64,000 bases of DNA from an uncultured Chloroflexia bacterium. GTDB lineage: Bacteria > Chloroflexota > Limnocylindria > Limnocylindrales > CSP1-4. How positions within the stretch are numbered: the stretch's first letter is position 1; each line of letters begins with the position of its first letter. The stretch is taken from the NCBI GenBank assembly GCA_963720755.1, contig CAVRGP010000011.1:800001-864000 (forward strand), read 5' to 3'. Shown one piece after another: positions 58,995 through 64,000 of the stretch. Both the position numbers and the translations under genes were made by a program. The notes beneath the pieces are model-generated. The model was given only the letters and a program-made list of their open reading frames with translations. It did not search any database and had not been told where the DNA came from.

Positions 58995-59435
58995 ATGGCA
59001 TTCTGCAAGATCATGCTCATCGGCAATCTCGGCCGCGACCCGGAGATGCGCTATACGCCCGCCGGCAAGCCGGTCACCCAATTCAGCGTGGCGGTCAGCC
59101 ATAGCCGTCCGGACGGTCAGGGCGGGTGGCAGGACGAAGGCACGGACTGGTACCGGGTCAGCGTGTTCGGAGACCGGGCCGAGCGCGTCGCGGATCAGCT
59201 CCGCAAAGGCAACAAGGTGTTCGTCGAAGGGCGCTTCAAGACCCGTGAATTCGAGGGCAAGGACGGCGAGAAACGGCTATCGCTCGACGTGATCTCGGAC
59301 AACGTCATCAGCCTCGAGCGCCGCGGCGGCCGTGACGACGACGCCGCGTTCGCTGGCGTGCCAGCCGGCACCGCCAGCGGCGGGGGCTCGCGCCCGCCAG
59401 CAGACGATTCAGATCTCGACGACCTTCCCTTCTGA
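58995..59435 (+). CDS. ssb: single-stranded DNA-binding protein
   Basis: LIGNLGRDPEMRYT, KGNKVFVEGR, DDLPF tail. Confidence 0.96.
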   Translation: MAFCKIMLIGNLGRDPEMRYTPAGKPVTQFSVAVSHSRPDGQGGWQDEGTDWYRVSVFGDRAERVADQLRKGNKVFVEGRFKTREFEGKDGEKRLSLDVISDNVISLERRGGRDDDAAFAGVPAGTASGGGSRPPADDSDLDDLPF

Positions 59436-59450
59436 TCAGGAGAACGAACG

Positions 59451-59720
59451 ATGCCACCTCCCGCCCGCGCCAAGAAGCGCGACGACTTCTACCGTGATCG
59501 CCGCCGCCGCAAGGTCTGCGCGTTCTGTGCCGACAAGACGGCCCAGATCGATTACAAGGAGGTCAACCGCCTCCGTCGATACCTGTCGGAGCGAGCCAAG
59601 ATCGAGCCGCGTCGGAAGACGGGCACCTGCGCGGGGCATCAGCGCGAGCTGGCGGTGGCCCTCAAGCGCGCCCGCCACGTCGCGTTGCTCCCGTACGCAC
59701 CGCAGCACCTTCGGCCCTGA
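59451..59720 (+). CDS. rpsR: 30S ribosomal protein S18 (Zn-binding form)
   Basis: [28 protein letters not shown]. Confidence 0.96.
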   Translation: MPPPARAKKRDDFYRDRRRRKVCAFCADKTAQIDYKEVNRLRRYLSERAKIEPRRKTGTCAGHQRELAVALKRARHVALLPYAPQHLRP

Positions 59721-59770
59721 ACGAGCGGGCCGACCGCGGCGGATGACCATGTCGTTCCGGCCCGCGTGAC

Positions 59771-60610
59771 GTGTTGATCGGCCTGCTGATCGTCGGAGGG
59801 GTCGCCGCGGGGGCGTTCGGCTCATTGCTCGGCCTTGGTGGCGGCGTGTTGATCGTGCCGCTCCTCACGTTCGGGTTCGGATTGCCGCTCCGTGAAGCGG
59901 TCGGCGTTTCACTGATCTGCGTGGCCATGACCAGCAGCGCCGCCGCTGGCGTCTATCTGGAGCGCCACGTGGCCAATCTTCGGCTCGGGATGACCCTGGA
60001 GCTGTTCACCGTCATCGGGGCCCTGGTCGGTGGATCCGTCGCGTTCCTCCTCGATGAGCGCCTCCTCTCCCTCCTGTTCGGGGTGCTCCTGCTGTACGTT
60101 GCGTTGACGATGGCTCGGGCCCGCGTCGTGGAGCCGACCCTGATGCCGGACGACGTTGACGGGACCGCAGACGAGGCGGTGAGCGATCCGGAGCCGCCGA
60201 CCACGCTCGATCGTCTGTCGGGACCCGGCTACCGCGTTCGCCATCTCCGGCGCGGCGTGATCGGGGCGACCGGGGCCGGGATCCTGTCCGCCTTGCTCGG
60301 GATCGGTGGGGGGATCATCAAAGTCCCGCTGATGCATCTGGCGATGGGTGTGCCGCTCCGGGTCGCGACCGCCACGAGCAACATGATGATCGGGATCACG
60401 GCGGCCGCCAGCGCGGTGATCTATGTCGTCCGCGGTGGGATCGATCCGTATGTCGCCGGCCCGACCGCGATCGGTGTCTTCCTGGGCGCGACCGCAGGGT
60501 CGCGGCTGGCCCATCGAATCGATGTCCGGATCCTCCGCCTGCTGTTCGTGGTCGTGCTGGTCTACACCGGGGTCCAGATGCTCCTGCGGAGTTTCGGAGG
60601 CGGTTCGTGA
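59771..60610 (+). CDS. TauE/SafE (TSUP) family exporter
   Basis: GSLLGLGGGVLIVP, ALLGIGGGIIKVP, ATATSN. Confidence 0.9.
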   Translation: MLIGLLIVGGVAAGAFGSLLGLGGGVLIVPLLTFGFGLPLREAVGVSLICVAMTSSAAAGVYLERHVANLRLGMTLELFTVIGALVGGSVAFLLDERLLSLLFGVLLLYVALTMARARVVEPTLMPDDVDGTADEAVSDPEPPTTLDRLSGPGYRVRHLRRGVIGATGAGILSALLGIGGGIIKVPLMHLAMGVPLRVATATSNMMIGITAAASAVIYVVRGGIDPYVAGPTAIGVFLGATAGSRLAHRIDVRILRLLFVVVLVYTGVQMLLRSFGGGS

Positions 60611-60978
60611 CGCCATCGACCGGTCGACGCACGCGAGCGGCCGAGCGACTCAGCGGGCAGTTGCTCATCGGGTTCACGTACGTCGCCGTCGTGCTGCTGG
60701 TGCTGGGCGTGCTGGCCATGGCCGCGGCCGGGATCTCGGCCCTCGATGGCGGCCCGACGTTCGACGTGACGTCCCTACCGGCGGACCTCGCGGATCTCGC
60801 CCCGGCGAGCGTGCTGTGGCTGGGTCTGCTGTTCGTCATCGCGGCGCCCATCTGCCGGGTCATCGTGGCCGGCGTCGCGTACGCCTTCGATTCCGATTGG
60901 CGGATGGTCGCGATCTCGATCGGCATCCTTGTGCTCATCGGGATCGGTGTCGCCACGGCCCTGACGGTTACCTTGTAG
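60607..60978 (+). CDS. DUF1634-like membrane protein
   Basis: Three TM helices, LGLL..IAAP..RV motif, usual partner position after TSUP. Confidence 0.75.
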   Translation: MTPSTGRRTRAAERLSGQLLIGFTYVAVVLLVLGVLAMAAAGISALDGGPTFDVTSLPADLADLAPASVLWLGLLFVIAAPICRVIVAGVAYAFDSDWRMVAISIGILVLIGIGVATALTVTL

Positions 60979-60981
60979 TCG

Positions 60982-62052
60982 ATGGACATCCTCGTTCTCG
61001 TCGTCGCCTTCGTGATCATCCTGGCCGGCGCCGAGCTTTTCACGAACGGCATCGAATGGTTCGGGCACAAGCTCGGACTGGCCGAGGGCGCGGTCGGATC
61101 CGTGCTTGCTGCCGTCGGGACGGCGTTGCCGGAGACGATGATCCCGATCATCGCCATCCTGTTCGCGAGCGGCACTTCATCGGCCGAAGTCGGGATCGGG
61201 GCGATTCTGGGGGCGCCGTTCATGCTCGCCACCCTGGCCATGTTCGTGACCGGTGTGGCCGTCCTGTGGGCCGGCCGCAGACGGTCGAGTGGCGACCTGA
61301 TGCGAGTGGACACCGGGGTTCTCGCGCATGACATGCGCTACTTTGCGATGGCCTACGCGTTGGCCATCGGCGCCGCATTCCTGCCGGTCGAGCCGGTCTG
61401 GCCGAAGTGGGTCGTGGCAGCCATCCTGATCGGGACCTACGGCTGGTACGTCAAGGGCCATTTCGAGGCCGATGCCGAGTCCAGTGGCGACGACCTCGCC
61501 CCCCTCCGGTTCCACCGGCTGGATCGCAACGGCCATCAGGTCGACGCGTCGGTCCCTCGCCTTCGGGTCGTCAACCTGCAGGTCGTCGCGGCCCTGGCGC
61601 TGATCGTCCTTGGTGCTGTGTTCTTCGTCCAGGCAGTCGATCACCTCGCCTCGCAGCTGGGTGTCGACAGCGTGCTCCTCGCCCTCGTCATCGCCCCGAT
61701 CGCGACCGAGCTTCCGGAGAAGTTCAACTCGGTCATCTGGGTCCGGCAAGGGAAGGACACACTCGCGATGGGCAACATCACCGGGGCGATGGTGTTCCAG
61801 GCCACGATCCCGACGGTCATCGCACTCGTCTTCGCATCCAGTTCATGGGTGGTCACCGAGGCCTCGTATGTCGCCTTCGCATCGGCCGGGATCGCGTTCC
61901 TGTCGTCGGCGTTCATCTTCATCCCGATGGCCCGCCGCGGGGTCCTGCACGGGAAGAACCTGCTGGTGGGTGGGGTCTTCTATCTGGCCTACCTGGGCCT
62001 CGTCGCGGGCGTGGTCAGCGGCGCGATCGGCGGGCCGGCCACGGGCCATTGA
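60982..62052 (+). CDS. sodium/calcium exchanger (CaCA) family protein
   Basis: Alpha-repeats AVGTALPE and PIATELPE, GNITGA. Confidence 0.88.
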   Translation: MDILVLVVAFVIILAGAELFTNGIEWFGHKLGLAEGAVGSVLAAVGTALPETMIPIIAILFASGTSSAEVGIGAILGAPFMLATLAMFVTGVAVLWAGRRRSSGDLMRVDTGVLAHDMRYFAMAYALAIGAAFLPVEPVWPKWVVAAILIGTYGWYVKGHFEADAESSGDDLAPLRFHRLDRNGHQVDASVPRLRVVNLQVVAALALIVLGAVFFVQAVDHLASQLGVDSVLLALVIAPIATELPEKFNSVIWVRQGKDTLAMGNITGAMVFQATIPTVIALVFASSSWVVTEASYVAFASAGIAFLSSAFIFIPMARRGVLHGKNLLVGGVFYLAYLGLVAGVVSGAIGGPATGH

Positions 62053-62091
62053 TATACTTTCGGTCGACCACATCGCGCAGGAGCCGCATCC

Positions 62092-63072
62092 ATGCTCACC
62101 CAGGATCCTGACAGCGCGTCCGTCCCGGCCACGCATCACGCCCCCACACCCGGATCACTCGACGACCTGATCTGCTACTTCGAAGGCGACTGGGTCCCGA
62201 TGCGCGACGCAAAGGTCAGCATCATGACCCACGCATTCATGTACGGCACCGCGACCTTCGAAGGGATCCGCGCCTACTGGAATGCAGACCAAGAACGCCT
62301 CTACGGCCTGAAGATTCGCGAGCATGTCGAACGGATCCGGCAGTCCTGTCGGATCCTGCTGATGCGGGATGTCCCGTCCGTGGATGAGTTGACGAGGCTG
62401 ATCGTCGAGACGATCCGACGCAACGACTTCCACCATGACGTCTACGTCCGGCCGTCGTTCTACAAGTCGACCTCGGCGATCGGTGTCCGCCTGCACGAAC
62501 TGGACAACGAGCTATACATCATCGCCATCCCGTTCGGCGACTACATCGCCACCGAGACGGGCATCCGGGTGATGACCTCGACCTGGCGCCGCAACGCGGA
62601 CGATGCCCTGCCCGCGCGCGGCAAGATCGTCGGCGGCTACGTCAACATGGCCTTCCAGAAGACCGAGGCGGAGCTCAACGGCTTCGACGAGGCGATCGTG
62701 TTGACCGCCGATGGCCACGTCAACGAGGCATCCGCCGCCAACCTCTTCATCGTCCGCGACGGTGTCGCGCTGACCCCGCCGGTGAGCGACGACCTGCTCG
62801 AAGGCGTCACCCGCAAGGCGGTCATGGAACTGCTTGGTAACGAGGGTGTGCCGGTCGAGGTCCGATCGATCGATCGGTCCGAGCTGTACGTGGCGGATGA
62901 GATCTTCCTGTGCGGGACCGGTGTCCAGATCTCCTCGGTCGTCGAAGTCGATCATCGCCCGGTGGGCTCGGGCGCCATCGGTCCGATCGGGAGGCTCGTC
63001 CACGATCGCTACTTCCATGCCGTCCGGGGCAGCCTCCCGGAATACTCGCACTGGCTCACGCCGATCGAATAG
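62092..63072 (+). CDS. ilvE: branched-chain amino acid aminotransferase
   Basis: YGTATFEGIRAY, KIVGGYVN, EASAANLF, LEGVTR, ADEIFLCGT. Confidence 0.92.
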   Translation: MLTQDPDSASVPATHHAPTPGSLDDLICYFEGDWVPMRDAKVSIMTHAFMYGTATFEGIRAYWNADQERLYGLKIREHVERIRQSCRILLMRDVPSVDELTRLIVETIRRNDFHHDVYVRPSFYKSTSAIGVRLHELDNELYIIAIPFGDYIATETGIRVMTSTWRRNADDALPARGKIVGGYVNMAFQKTEAELNGFDEAIVLTADGHVNEASAANLFIVRDGVALTPPVSDDLLEGVTRKAVMELLGNEGVPVEVRSIDRSELYVADEIFLCGTGVQISSVVEVDHRPVGSGAIGPIGRLVHDRYFHAVRGSLPEYSHWLTPIE

Positions 63073-63113
63073 GACGCCGGGTCACCGGGACGCGGCCCGG
63101 GGATCGGACGCGG

Positions 63114-64000
63114 CTAGGAGATCGGGGGAGGGGCCAGGTCCGGTGTCGACCGACCGATGGTGACGATGATGTCCGTATGCACGGTCGGGTCGTTCACCAG
63201 TGCGACCTTCACGCCGAATGTCGACTCGAGGTAGGCGATCGAGTTGGGTAGCCGGGCTTCCGCGCCGTTGTAGACGACGATCGTCGTCGCCGCCGGGACA
63301 CCGCCCGCCGGCTTCTGGCGTGGTGCCGACGCAGCCAGGCCGTGGTAGTCCAGGTACCCGGCGAGTCGGACCCCACGGCCGCTGTCCGAGGTGCCGTTGA
63401 GGACCCAGACTCCGGCGCCCTCGTTGGCGAGATCCTGGCGCTGGGCCTCATCCGGCGGATCGGCCGAGAAGGCGTCACGGACGGCCGCCCGGATCTTGCT
63501 CACGTACGGTTCGATGATGTAGCCGCGCGGACTGTTCAGGTATTCCTTTCCGTAGTACGGCGGCGAGAAGACATAGGACTGGATCGCCTTGGTGTCGATC
63601 TGCGAGGCGAGTCCGAGGAGCGGTGCCAGCTGGTTGGCCGGGATGTCGGTCGAAACCGCGGACTGGAGCGCGGAGATCAGGGCCGGCAGGTTTGGGATGA
63701 GGGCCTGGGGGTCGGCCTGCTCGCGCATCGACAGGAGGATGCGCTGCTGCCGGGCACCCCGGTCGAAATCGTTCGAACCGTGTCGAGAGCGGGCGTAGCG
63801 GAGCGCCTCGGCGCCGTTCATGTGCTGGATCCCGCTCGGGATGTACAGACGACGGAGCTGGCCGCCGGCGCCCGGGTATCGATCGTCCGAGACCGGGACC
63901 TGGACGTTGACGGTGACGCCACCCATCACGTCGACGATCTGCTTGAACCCGTCGAAATTGACCTCGACGAAGTACTTGACGTCCAGGCCGTAGAGGTTGC
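63114..64000 (-). CDS. LCP (LytR-CpsA-Psr) family protein with LytR_C domain (5' end outside window)
   Basis: VNFDGF.QIVD..GGV, GAEALRYARSRH..DFDRGARQQ, VWVLNGT, IIVTIG. Confidence 0.9.
   Translation of the reverse strand, partial: NLYGLDVKYFVEVNFDGFKQIVDVMGGVTVNVQVPVSDDRYPGAGGQLRRLYIPSGIQHMNGAEALRYARSRHGSNDFDRGARQQRILLSMREQADPQALIPNLPALISALQSAVSTDIPANQLAPLLGLASQIDTKAIQSYVFSPPYYGKEYLNSPRGYIIEPYVSKIRAAVRDAFSADPPDEAQRQDLANEGAGVWVLNGTSDSGRGVRLAGYLDYHGLAASAPRQKPAGGVPAATTIVVYNGAEARLPNSIAYLESTFGVKVALVNDPTVHTDIIVTIGRSTPDLAPPPIS

Overview
GC-rich bacterial chromosome segment from a monoderm lineage. Chloroflexota-like is my inference, based on GAAC-N4-GTTC SOS boxes, the rapZ-yvcK-whiA-tpiA-gpmI-secG and rpsF-ssb-rpsR gene orders, and an LCP gene. 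Positions 1-31.5 kb are housekeeping: ABC-F, coaE, a uvrB/uvrA/UvrD-like/uvrC cluster, secDF, recJ, pyrF, tatAC, rapZ-yvcK-whiA-tpiA-gpmI-secG, lemA-htpX. Eight tRNA genes are present in the window. uvrB and whiA carry single-base frameshifts, probably sequencing errors. A ~10 kb tyrosine-integrase element sits in tRNA-Cys (45-bp att repeat, 31871-31915 = 41821-41865). It has arm-type repeats, an excisionase, an AAA_25 helicase, an iteron-like putative origin and small cargo genes, and a relic of a sister element follows it. The most unusual signal is the cargo organisation. A duplicated 72-75 aa Trp-rich gene sits divergent from a conserved promoter, which drives a different cargo gene in each copy. 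Cargo genes are delimited by copies of a ~67-nt imperfect hairpin with compensatory base changes. This layout is integron-like, but no IntI or canonical attC is present. Further on are a MinD-like ATPase/permease-fusion/hybrid kinase/Hpt/response regulator operon, an integrase-less islet at tRNA-Leu(TAA) with a phosphoesterase, a CpaE-like gene, rpsF-ssb-rpsR, transporters, ilvE and a partial LCP gene. All calls come from reading motifs by eye; no database searches were run.
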